A DNA stretch of 63,999 nucleotides. Source: Octopus bimaculoides. Its lineage: Eukaryota. Below are positions 51,440 through 63,089 of this stretch, piece by piece. How positions within the stretch are numbered: position 1 is the first letter of the stretch; every line of letters starts with the position of its first letter. The position numbers and the translations under genes were made by a program. The stretch lies in contig NC_068983.1 in NCBI RefSeq assembly GCF_001194135.2, forward strand, positions 167,685,529 to 167,749,527, in the 5' to 3' direction. The notes under the pieces were generated by a model that saw only the letters and a list, made by a program, of their open reading frames with translations, was not told the DNA's origin and made no database searches.

Positions 51440-52010
51440 GTCTGTTGACTAAATTCTACGGATTGAATTGTTTTTATTCCATGTATTGTAGGTGCAAGCA
51501 TGACTCCGTGGTTAAGAAGTTCACTTCCCAATGGGGCAAGTGTTTTCTGCTATACCCCTGGGTTGATCAAAGCCTTGCATATGGATTTGATAAATGGAAA
51601 CTGAAAGAAGCCTGTTGCGTGTGTGTATGTGTGCAAGTTCATATTTTCCCTTATTTTTGCACGTGTTTGCTGTTATAGACTAAAGGCTCATTTGTTTAGT
51701 GTTGCTTGTTATTCGATAGAATGAGAGATTTATTAACTAACATGGAAACAAGTAGGGATTGGCATTAGGAATGTCATTCAACTGTAAAAAAAAAACACTG
51801 ACTCAACAAACTTTTGTCTAACCCATGCAAGCATGGAAAAATAGGTGTTAAAAGACCATGATGATGATGATGGTACATTGTTTTAGAAATCCTTAATTTT
51901 TGTGAAATGAGTGAACTGCTGATTACTTTCTTGATAACATTTTGGAATAAAATTCCTTAAAAAAATGAAATAAAAAATTAGTTTACTGCTTGGATTATGA
52001 AAGCAAAATG

Positions 52011-52053
<43 letters not shown>

Positions 52054-52314
52054 GTGGGGATGAATTACTGTCATGGTCATCGTCATCATTTTAATGTCTA
52101 TTTTTCCATGAATTGGATTTCCATGAATTGAGGTAGATTTCTATGACTGGATACTCTTCTACTCACCAACTCTCACCTGTTTCCAAGCAAGGTAATATTA
52201 CTCCATAACTGGATATGTTTTCAAAGAAGGATAGGAAGCAAATGACCTCACTTGTATGAGGTAACACTTGTTTACAACTATCACACAATATCAGACAAGG
52301 AAGCACACAAACGT

Positions 52315-52364
<50 letters not shown>

Positions 52365-53234
52365 CCATCCAGTTGGATGAAGGTGTGCAATACGTAAGTG
52401 TCCAAAACATTGATGAGGTCTGCTGTATTACTGATTATTCTCTGGTTTTAACAACCAAGGACTTTACTCTTGATACTTTAACTAAGATAAAGTAAGCTGG
52501 CATCTGTTAATTCTATATCCTGGTACTGGATATGTGATTTAATGAAGCAGAGACACAGAAAGTATTCACACGATGCTCTATGACTACTGTTACATGAGGT
52601 TAAATGCTCTCTTCCCATACAGCTCACAGTGAACTGCCTACCCTGAACAGCTGACACCTCTTTCTTTTATAGCAATGTGTCAATCCACTTTTTGTCACTT
52701 GAGGGTTGTCAGAATCCTTCCACAACAATTAAGAACCGAAAGCTTTAACCATCAACAATTTAGAGTAAATGGTAGGTTTAGTATGGCTTTTAAGATAATA
52801 AACTGCTTTGTCAAGGATCAGTTCAGTAAAGTTAAATTGTATTTGGCTGCTCAAGTTTCAGCCAAAGAACATTGCCACTGCCAATATTGGCTATTCAATT
52901 TTCAGATATAGATTATCCATTAATGGCTATTTCTGTTTCAGCCACAGGGCTTTAGTGGTCCCCACAGTGGTTGCCTGTGCTTACAAGCTTACTATAATAA
53001 TGATTATAATAATGAAATTATTGTATATAGTGCCCAGGTGCACTGTAAGTAATATAAGGTTTGTATCTTTATCAATAAAATTAAGTTTATGTCTTATAAA
53101 CATATTAAACATTATTTTTAAAACAAAATCTATTGGCAACTATCTTTTAAACTGCAGAAAGCTACTATTTAGATTGTATATGGTCAATATTGGTGCAGTA
53201 CATTTTTTTTATCTATAATTTTTGTTGTTTACAG

Positions 53235-53485
53235 GTTCTGAGTGTGTCTGCTTGCAGAAAATTTCACAGACATTCAAATAATCCATATGAAGAACAAGAA
53301 GTTGTAGGATTCTATCCAGGATTAAGTTGTGAGGATGCTAGATACCCACTTAATAATTCAAATCCAGTCATTGTCAAAGAAAAATTTTGTCATCTACTTG
53401 GACATAGTGAAATTGGAGTTGGCAAAGAAATAACAATTGGTTGTAAAAACTGCATTTGTATGCCTGGTGGAAAATTGAAGTGCAA
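53235..53485 (+). CDS. Exon 9: Cys module and VWC/pacifastin-like module
   Basis: TTTACAG|VLSVSACRKFHR...VVGFYPGLSCEDARYP...FCHLLGHSEIGVGKEITIGCKNCICMPGGKLKC AA|GTAAGT. Phase 0 to 2. Confidence 0.88.
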
Positions 53486-55537
53486 GTAAGTGGCCAGGTA
53501 CAGTTTATAATTAAATGATGTTTGAAGAAATAAATTTTACAGTCATTAGCTAGCAGAAAATAAATAGCACTTTTTTTTTTTTTTATAAAACATTACTTAC
53601 ATCATCATCCTTTACTGTCCATCTTCCACACTGGTATGGGTTGGATGGTTTGACAGACAGCGAGGCAAGCTGAGGAGCTGCACCATTGTCTGCTTTGGTA
53701 TGGTTTCTATGGCTGGATACCCTTTCTAATGCCACCCACCAGTGCCAACCATCAGTGCTTTCTACATGGCACCAATGTAAGTGGAATCACCAAGTTACTT
53801 GCAAGATAACGACCTCTCAACTGGAAGAGGGAGTGGAACCAAGGGAGGTGGCTTTGTGTCAGCTGAGAGGTTCAAGTATAATAGAGGGATAGAGATAGGT
53901 GTCTTAGCACAGAGGAGATATCCCAGTGGGATACGAAAGGAGAGGAAGAAGAGATAGATAAAGTGAGAGAGAGAGAGAGAGAGTGAGATAGAGAAATAGA
54001 TGGCGGAACAGTGGTGGGGAGTATAAGTGGTACAGATGGGATAGAAGGGGATGTTCCATGCGGGTAGATGTTTAGTGATGGGGAAGAGGTAGCTGTAGCA
54101 AGTGGTGGTGAGGGAAATTTGAGTGGCTGGGAGGGTATAGTAGATATGTGAGGGCATAGAGAGTGTGCTGGTAGGTATATGAGGGTGAATGGAGGGGACT
54201 GTAGTGGGTGGTGGGATGGAGGTTGGGTAAGATGGATTGTGGGGGAGTTTTGACAAAACAGATTATGTGTGTGAGGGAGGGAGGGACGTGGGGCATGGCC
54301 ATAAAGGATATGCCCCCATGTATGCATGGTCATGGTTTTACTTGGCTTGACGTACAAATCTGATATTTCCTGCAGATAATAAAGATAGTATAATTCCTTA
54401 TTATTCACAATATAATAATTATAATTACTTGTCATTTGTAATAAATGTTCTATATTAGAAGAATATTCCTCTCAAAATATTGGATTCAAATTTTGGCACA
54501 AGGCCAGCAAGTTTGGGGGGAGTGTTCAGCTGATTCTTATTTCATTGCCCCTGAAAGGATGACAGGCAAAGTGAACCCCGGCAGAATTTGAACTCAGAAC
54601 GTGAATAGGGACAAAATGCTGCAAAGCATTCAGTCTCGTCTGCTAACAATTCTGCCAGCTCATTGCCTTATTCATAGCAAAATATGAATAAGTCTTTCTA
54701 TTATAGGCACAGGGCCTGAAATTTTGGAGGAGGGGTAAACTTGATTATATTGACTCCAGTACTCAACTGGTACTTATTTTAATGACCCCTGAAAGGATGA
54801 AAGGCAAAGTCGACTTTGGCAGGATTTGAGCTCAAGATGTAAAGACAGACAAAATGCCAGCTCTGCACCTTATATCAAAATATTAAGAATAAAAGAACAT
54901 TTAAGTAGTGTACATTACTAAATATGGCAATTGGTATTTGGAAGAATACAAATACAACTTATGTTAACTCTTTCGACACTAACCGACCTGAGACTACTCC
55001 TAGTTCTATGATACAAACTTCCTGTTTAAATTGGCCTAAATTAAAACCATCTTTCGAAATGTCACACTAATTTATGCTCCAAACACTAATAATAACAAAA
55101 TTAGTTTTAAAAATTTTTCATTATTTTCAAAATGAAATGAAACAAAGCAGTGTATTTGAGCAGAAATATGGTAAGAAGACCTTAAAAAAAAAGTGGTAGA
55201 TGATATATATGCTTATTAGAAATTGGCATTAAATATAAAAACTTTTTAATGAATTTATAATATTGTTGTGGAAAATTTGAAGAAAATTGTCAAAAGAAAA
55301 TTAAAAAAGAATTAATTTGAATTTAGTTATTCATTTGTGAATATGTTATTACTTTGAGTTGTGGATGTCAACTTTACTTTTCATTGATTCAGGGTCTATG
55401 AAATGGTACCAATCAGTTACTTAATGTAATTGACAGGTTCCTCCCCACAAAGCTGCCAGCCTTGTGCCAAAGCTTAAAACCATTATTATCGTCTATAAAA
55501 TTCTTAATCTCATTGGAACTTACTTATATTTTCCTAG

Positions 55538-55900
55538 ATGTTCTGACTTAATTCTTCGCAAAGAAATTCGAGATTTCACCTGGGAAGAAATGACCAAACT
55601 CCAGCAGGCTATTTCCCAGCTTCGTTTGTCAGGAATAGACAATATCTGGAATAAATACAGAGACCTCTACATGGTTCATCGCATGCATTCACATGGTGGG
55701 GCATTCTATCTTCCATGGCATCGGCAGTTTTTGCAGCTTGTTGAATTGCAACTGAAAGAGATAGACTGCCATGTTACCTTACCATATTTTGATTTCACAA
55801 CTGATGCTGCTAATTTCTCAGAAGCCATCATCTGGCAGCCCAATTTCTTTGGAGGAGATGGGTGGGGATGGTGTGTTCCAGATCATCCTTTTGGTGACAG
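55538..55900 (+). CDS. Exon 10: tyrosinase domain, CuA half
   Basis: TTCCTAG|(K)CSDLILRKEIRDFTWEE...YMVHRMHSHGGAFYLPWHRQFL...VTLPYFDFT...FFGGDG...HPFGD AG|GTGACT. Tyrosinase motifs RKEIR, LPWHR, LPYxDx and FGG. Phase 2 to 2. Confidence 0.93.
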
Positions 55901-56507
55901 GTGACTATTTAATGTTATTTTTTATGTTACTCTTAAAAATGAATTTTAATTAATTATATGAACAATTAATCAGAATTTTCCAGTCATCATCATTATTTTC
56001 TGTTTGTTTTCCCTGCTGGCATCACTTGAATGTGTCACCATAGTCTGTGTCTGTTCTTATTTGAAGATTTTGTCCTGCTAGATGGGGCAAAAGACCAAGC
56101 TTCTCATGTATCTTTTGTTTTCAGCTTGGTTTCTAGAATTGTATATCTTTCCTGAATGTATTGTGTGTTTGTGTGTGTACACAGGGTAATCTTCTTTTTA
56201 GCACTATTGCCACAAAACAGCATTCATTTCAATATACGCATCATTTTACTTCTCAAAAATCCTATCTTTATTATATTTGAATGGGAAATATTTACTTGAG
56301 ATTTTAAGATTAAGATGATAATGACAACTAATCTTAAAATTAAGCTTGAATGAACTTATTTTTTGCTTTGTTAGACTTAAGATTTTAAAAAGTGTGGTCA
56401 ACATAAAAAAGAATAATTTGAGATTTGATTAATTTGGGATTTGATTAAGGGCAATTAATACTTCTCAGGCTCCTTTATATTATTAATTATTCTTTTTTTT
56501 TTAATAG

Positions 56508-57052
56508 TAATGCTTGGAAACCATGTCTGAAAAGGAACTTCAGCCATATTGTTGAGGTACCAACAATGCTTGATGTTGCTGCTGCTATCAGTAAAAAAGA
56601 TTTCATGGAAATGAGTCAATTTCTGGAGACATTTGCTGCGTATATCCATTCATTTGTTGGTGGTGATATGTCAACGACAACAATGGCTTATGACCCTCTC
56701 TTCTACATCATCCAAACTTACATTGACAGATTGTATGCCACCTGGCAGAAAATTGGCCACAACAAATTTAAATTCCCAGCAGCCTATGGAAATATTCCAA
56801 TGGTTCCATTCAATACGGCACCGTTGGATGTTCTTGATCTAGAAAATGACCTTTGTGTGACTTACATTCCCCCAGGAAAGGGTCGACCATGTAACAAAAG
56901 TGCTCATTTGCATGTGTCAGAGTTAAGTGCTGTTGAGAAAAATCCTAATATTCATGTGAAAATCATAAGTAGATCTGGTTATGATCAGTTTGGCTACAAT
57001 TCCAGGGGCTTTGACCGTAGAGGCTTTAATAAATTTGGATATAACTATCATG
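56508..57052 (+). CDS. Exon 11: tyrosinase domain, degenerate CuB half, and start of pentapeptide repeats
   Basis: TTAATAG|(S)NAWKPCLKRNF...LETFAAYIHSFVGGDM...DPLFYIIQTYIDRLYATWQ...CVTY...GYDQFGYNSRGFDRRGFNKFGYNYH G|GTAAGT. Phase 2 to 1. Confidence 0.93.
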
Positions 57053-57851
57053 GTAAGTGATTTTATTTCTTTTTCTTTTTTACAATGTTTAATCCAGTTA
57101 GAACACTGATTTTGATAATAATGTTCTATAAATTGTCTCTCTTTCATCTTTTTTTATGAAAGTATATATGTCATTTAGATATTAAAAGGGACATCTCGAT
57201 CAATGTGTGTGTGTACACACACACATAAACATTATCTTTTTTAATGTCCATACTTGTAGGAGTCAAGGGGAGTTTATTGAGGTAGATTTTATACAGTTGG
57301 ATGCTCTTCCTGTCACAACCTGCACATATTTCCAAACAAAGTAATATTCCCCCATGGCCATTTGCAGAATGATACTGCTTGTATGACAGTGACACTCATT
57401 TGCAACTATCATACAATGTCAAGAGAGTGAGACACCCTTACATGCACCAACATATTATTCAGGTGCCCTCCCTGTGTCCAGGGGTCGGCTTACCAAGACT
57501 CTTCAGTTACATTACTGGTTGCATCATTGGCATTGCTGTGGGTTAATATGTGATGAGACCCCAATCCCTTTCGCAATGACTGACTATCACTTTATGGCAC
57601 GTCACATACCCCACTGTCAAGGCCATTGATGTGTTTCGTTCTTCTGCAGTGTCTGTCATTTCAGGCTTTGTGTACTTAGACATCAAACGTAGCCCTTTGA
57701 GTTCACTCAAATAGTTTAGCTGGTCACTGCAACATCTGTGAAGCTCTACACTACTTAGACGTAGAGTGGGAGCTGAATAGGATTCTGGTCAGCGTTCAAA
57801 GGGAAATAACTGATTCTCATCTCTTGCATCCTATGTGTGTGTGTGTGAGTA

Positions 57852-57895
<44 letters not shown>

Positions 57896-58689
57896 TTCAG
57901 ATGAATATGGTACTTAAGTTGAGGCACCAGAATTTAGTATGGTGTTATCCATACAATTTCAAAATAAGGTGAGTAGAATCAAAATAAGCAACAAGGATAT
58001 CCAGAGGTAATGCAGTATGATTGTTTCATGCAACTCCATTTAATTGAACAATGCAATCATTACATCAATTTAAAATGCAGAGCAATCCTCAGCTGCACAA
58101 AGACATAGAATTTAATTAAAATTAGAACAGATGGACACATTAGTATAATTATCCCTAAAATCTCCAAGAAGTTAAGGAGATAGACAAAGAACATGTTGCC
58201 TCTACTTCAGCATAGAAGTTACTTAAGCTGAAGTAGAGACGTGTTCTTTGTCTATCTCACAGCAATTTGATTCACTCTAACACACTGCCTGGCAATCCAG
58301 AACACTTCAAGTCTCTGATCTTCATGCAAGGACATTGGTAAACTGCTTCCTTTCTGCTTCTACCCTAGCTACATATACCTGATGCCTGGCTTCTCTTTTA
58401 GCTATCTGATATGGTTCTTTGCTATCCCCACCTTCCAGTCTTTGCAAGCCAGTCTCTTTTCTTTTATATTCTTTTCTACCTCACTGTTCCACCACTATGT
58501 CACAATTGGTCTAGTGGAAGCTTCGCTCCAACCACAGATTTGGTCTGTTGCCCTCACTAGATTCTCCCATAAGAACTTCCAGTTGTCCTCTGTCATATGT
58601 CTCCACCTCTACCTCCTCATCAAAGCCTTCATTAAGGACATCTCTAAACCTCTGCCCATTTGAAAGATCCTTGAGTTTCCATAGCTTCC

Positions 58690-59800
58690 TTTTCTATATT
58701 GGTTTGTGCCTCAGAATCCCTCTAGCCCGACGTCTGAAGTCGCTAACCACTAACCTATGCTGAGTTGAGCATTCTTCACCTTGGAAAGACTTCATTCACG
58801 AGCATATGCCTGTCCCTGTTTCTGGTGAGGATGTTGTCAATGTGGCCTGTGTGCCCATCAGCTTGATAAGTGATCAGATGACTGGCAGGTGTCCTGAAAT
58901 TAATGTTGCAAACTGTTATGCCATTTGCATCACAGAACTCCAGCAGCCTTGTTCCATCCTCATTTCTGAAGCCAAAGCTGTAGCTTCCATGCTCACTGAA
59001 AACCATCAAAGATTTCCAACATAGCCATTGAAGTCCCCTGCCACAATGAGAACACCATTGTCTGTCACTGTGAAGGAAGCCTACAGAAGGGATTCATAGA
59101 AACAGCCCAGCATGTGGAGCACATGCAGAGATAAATGACACTTGTATTAAATGGGACTAATCTCAGCTTAATAATCTTATCACACACCCTGTCTACCTAA
59201 ATCATCTTATTCACTCATTCCTCTGTCAAAAGAATACCTTTTCCACTGAACCCAATCAAACTGTTGATTCACTTTCACTTCTCTGACACAGATAGAAAAC
59301 TGTGTGACTCGTGGGCCATGTTTCACTGCTGTGTAACATGGCTGTTTGCACACATGCGTCATACAGTCTACCTTTTACTCTGAGCGAGAGGCCCTTTGTC
59401 ACCAGCAGAGGTAGGAGCTCTCTGAACTTTGCCCAGTCTATTCTTATTCTAGCAGCTACGGTCTCACTACTGACTTGGTCACCTAGGTAACGGAAGCTAT
59501 CAACTACTTGTAGTTTTTCTCCTTGGCATGTGACGGAGGCTGTTTTCTGCACATTTTCAGTATTTATTGCCCCTATGCATTTGCCACACACAAAAACTAT
59601 CTTCCCAGTTTGCCTTCCTTTGATATTGCTGCACCTCTTATGTGTCCATAGCTTACACCAGGTACATCGTATGGAGCTTCTACCTACACCTTTTCTACAG
59701 ATCAAGCAGGGCCATCTACCTGAAGAGATTTGTGATTTGTCTGCCTTCCTACTTACTAAGACTTGGGTTTTTGCTAGATTCACTCTGAGGCCCTTCGATT
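58690..59800 (-). mobile_element. RTE LINE fragments (APE endonuclease piece and post-RT C-terminal piece)
   Basis: GSYSFGFRNEDGTRLLEFC...LITY...IDNIL (endonuclease); NLAKTQVLV...C.IC.KGVGRSSIRCTWC..W.HKRCS...FRYLGD...KFRELLPLL. Confidence 0.88.
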
Positions 59801-61032
59801 TTAGACCTTGCTCTTGCTCTCTCTCTCTCTATATATATATTATTTAGAGGTCACAATACATATATCAAAGCACTACTAATAACTTCTTATGTTGAGAAAA
59901 CTCAAACATTCTTCAGGCACAGACCACATCTCGTAACAAACTAAAGAATTTGAATAATAGAAGAAACGCAAAAAGTCTGAGAAGGCAGCAGACAGAAAAT
60001 GCAGACAATAAACAATAGAAAATGAAAAACAGAAACGAAAATGTAAAAAATCAAAATAGGGAACTATTTAATACATATATTGTGACCTTTAAATGAATAA
60101 TATTTATCTCTCATCAGATGGAGAACTTTTTTTGTTGAATTTTCTGTCACGGATCAGTACATTATATATATACATACATACATGAATAATGGATCATATA
60201 TAGAGACATGCATACATGTGGGGCTCACGGTTTGCTTATATACATTATATGTACTCATATATTATGCACTTGTAAAAACAGTTCATAGGTTGTAAAAAAA
60301 AAAAATCAAGGGCATTATGTTTATCTCTATGCATAGCCATCCATTTGCTTATGTGCTCCAGTGAGCATGCTCATACATGTGAGCAGGGTAACAAAGATGC
60401 ACGAACGTCAACGTGTGCAGGTGCTCAAACTCTTTCAAGGTGGCGGCGAGAGGTTGGTGGTGTTGAAATTGAGATTCAATGGAGATGGCATGAAATAGAT
60501 GGTCCTCCATGAAGATTTCTGGGAGCGAATTAAATTGGAAATTTCCAACTGAAATTTAAAGTACCTGCAGAAGTGGATATAGATTGGGTGGCGGGTGGGA
60601 GTGAAATTGAAAATTATGATAGGAATTGAAAGTGGTACCTGAGAGAGAGAATTCAAGACATAAATTAAAGTGATGCAGCCTGCAGGGACTGAAGGAAATT
60701 TGGCTAAATTATATTGTAACATGTATGTGAAGGAAAGCTGCAAAATGAGAGTGAAAATAAAAATAAACCAGTTTGCTTTGCTGTTTTAGTTTCAATGTGA
60801 TGTGTAAACCTCTAGAAGTGAAGCTGAAAATCATGTGCTAATTTTCTACATAATATCCTAGAATCAACGAGAATTGCACATGACTTTGGTAGTATGTTCA
60901 GAGAAACTATCATAGGCCTATGGCAGAAGACACTTGCTCAAAGTGTCAGACATTGGGATTGAACCCCAAAACCATGTAGCTGGGAAGCAAACATGTTAAC
61001 CACACACCATGCTTGTTCCTGCAGCCATCCTT

Positions 61033-61108
<76 letters not shown>

Positions 61109-62191
61109 GAGTGAGTGGACAAATGAAAGAAGGGCACTCAACACATTTATTGGGAGTTACATGTATGAATCAAAACAGTTTGGTGCTCTGAGTTTTGAGT
61201 ATGATGCTAATATTCAGACATTGGGAATTTGAATGAGAGAAGTTGAAGAAAGTTGATTGTTATTGCCATAAAGTGGGCTGCGATTGGTCAAGGAAGGTCA
61301 CGTGGTGTCGTGATTTGATGTTGGTATATCAGTGACAACAGTTACTTGGGAAATACTGCATGGTGAACAGAAAATTGACCGTGTGGTGGACTGGAAATTG
61401 GTTGCATGGTTGGAGGCGAAGGAGGAAGGGCCAGTGTGTGAAAGTATATATGAGCATATGTAAGTGTGTGCATGTGTGTGTATGTATTTATGTGAGCATG
61501 CATGTGTGCATAGGTGAGTACCCCCCCCCCCACACACACACATATAAAAACGAATATGTGCAAGGAAGGGCGTGCGTGCACACACGTATACATATACACG
61601 TGTGTATATAAATATATATATATATATGCACATGCACACATATATTCATTTATATGTATATCCATGTGCGTGTGCATATGTATGTGTGTGCATATATGTA
61701 TTTTCATGCATGTGCATGTATGAGTATATGCGTATACCAAGCATTGGAGATTGGTATTTGGCGGTCCTGCTCATGTGGGCTGGTTGGTGACAGTGACCTT
61801 GGTGCAGGGTAGCAGCTGGTACTAAGGTGGTATATCCGGGTTGTCAGTGGTCAGGGACTTGCACTTCTTAGGAGGATTTGTCTTTTTCTTTTTTTGCCTT
61901 TTAATCTCGATACTTTAATCTGTTCTGGGAAATGCTATTAGTTACTCTGCTATGTCGTAGCTGTTATAACATGCATGAAGTAGCAGTGAGGGCGTCTTGT
62001 TTGTGTTCTCTTCTGTATCATGTTTGAAGACTTCAGACTTGGCTGTGAAGGGAGGTTCTGTATGATAGCCTCATCCTGCACACTTTCTAAAAAATGTATT
62101 CCTAATTTTGCATTAATCATGAAGGTTTCAAACTCACTCTGTACGTTGCCAGTTTTAACATGTTTTCTTTTTTCTTTCTACATTTCTGCAG

Positions 62192-62311
62192 GTGTTAACC
62201 GAGAGGGATTTGATCGAGAGGGTTATGACTTGGCAGGATATAACAGGTATGGATTTGATCATGATGGTTATGATCGGGATGGTTTCAATGTTTCTGGCAG
62301 AGATCGTGATG
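62192..62311 (+). CDS. Exon 12: G[YF][DN]xx repeats; the gene continues beyond the window
   Basis: TTCTGCAG|(G)VNREGFDREGYDLAGYNRYGFDHDGYDRDGFNVSGRDRD G|GCAAGT. The putative donor is GC; an alternative in-phase GT donor lies at 62381. Confidence 0.85.
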
Positions 62312-63089
62312 GCAAGTTGGACGCTTCTCTTATTTTTGAGAAACAATACTTACAACATAGACATTGTTTAAACAGGAAAGGTTAGTATTGACTATATATA
62401 AAAAATTATATGACAAATTTGGGTATTTGTTAGAGTTGCAATTTTAGTTTTGTAAAATTTTAATATTTCATTTACTTTCAGGATTTCTGACTTAAATTCA
62501 CAATAACTTTAGTTTAAAGTAAATTTAACTCTTTAAGCATTCCGATTGCTCTGTCAAATGTAATATTTATATTGTTTTGAATGCATCCTGCCTTATCTCA
62601 TAGCTTTGAGATTTCGATATGATTACAGTAACATTGGTAGGTGTGAGATGCTAGATCTAGCTGGTTTGAACATAAAACTAATAGAATATTTGAGGCCGGA
62701 TATGGCTGGATTAAATGATAAAAGGTTTAACATTAGTGGTTAAGGAAATATCTAATGGATTGCATACAAGAAGAAATGGGGTTAGGAAAATATCTTATTA
62801 AGTGTGGGCATGGATCTGTCCTTAAGAAGTTCTCTTTGCAGCCAGGTGGCTTCATGTCCAGTCTCACTGCATGACACCTTGATCCAGTGTCTTCTACTAT
62901 GGCTTTGGACCAAACGGTACTTTGTGAGGGAATTTGGTGTATGGATTAAAACCAAGCCCATCATGTCAATCCCACTCGTTCGAATAGACTGGAGATCATT
63001 ACTTCATTTAGAAACAATGAACTGCCAAGACATGAACTGCTGAGCAAACTCATTAAGTGGGGAAATATCAATTCACTTACAAACACTCA

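Noticed and set aside
55538-57052. Hemocyanin functional unit (expected in a cephalopod)
   Set aside because: There is a single type-3 domain embedded among matrix modules rather than tandem functional units, it lacks hemocyanin-specific motifs such as CxHG..FPHWHR, and CuB is degenerate.
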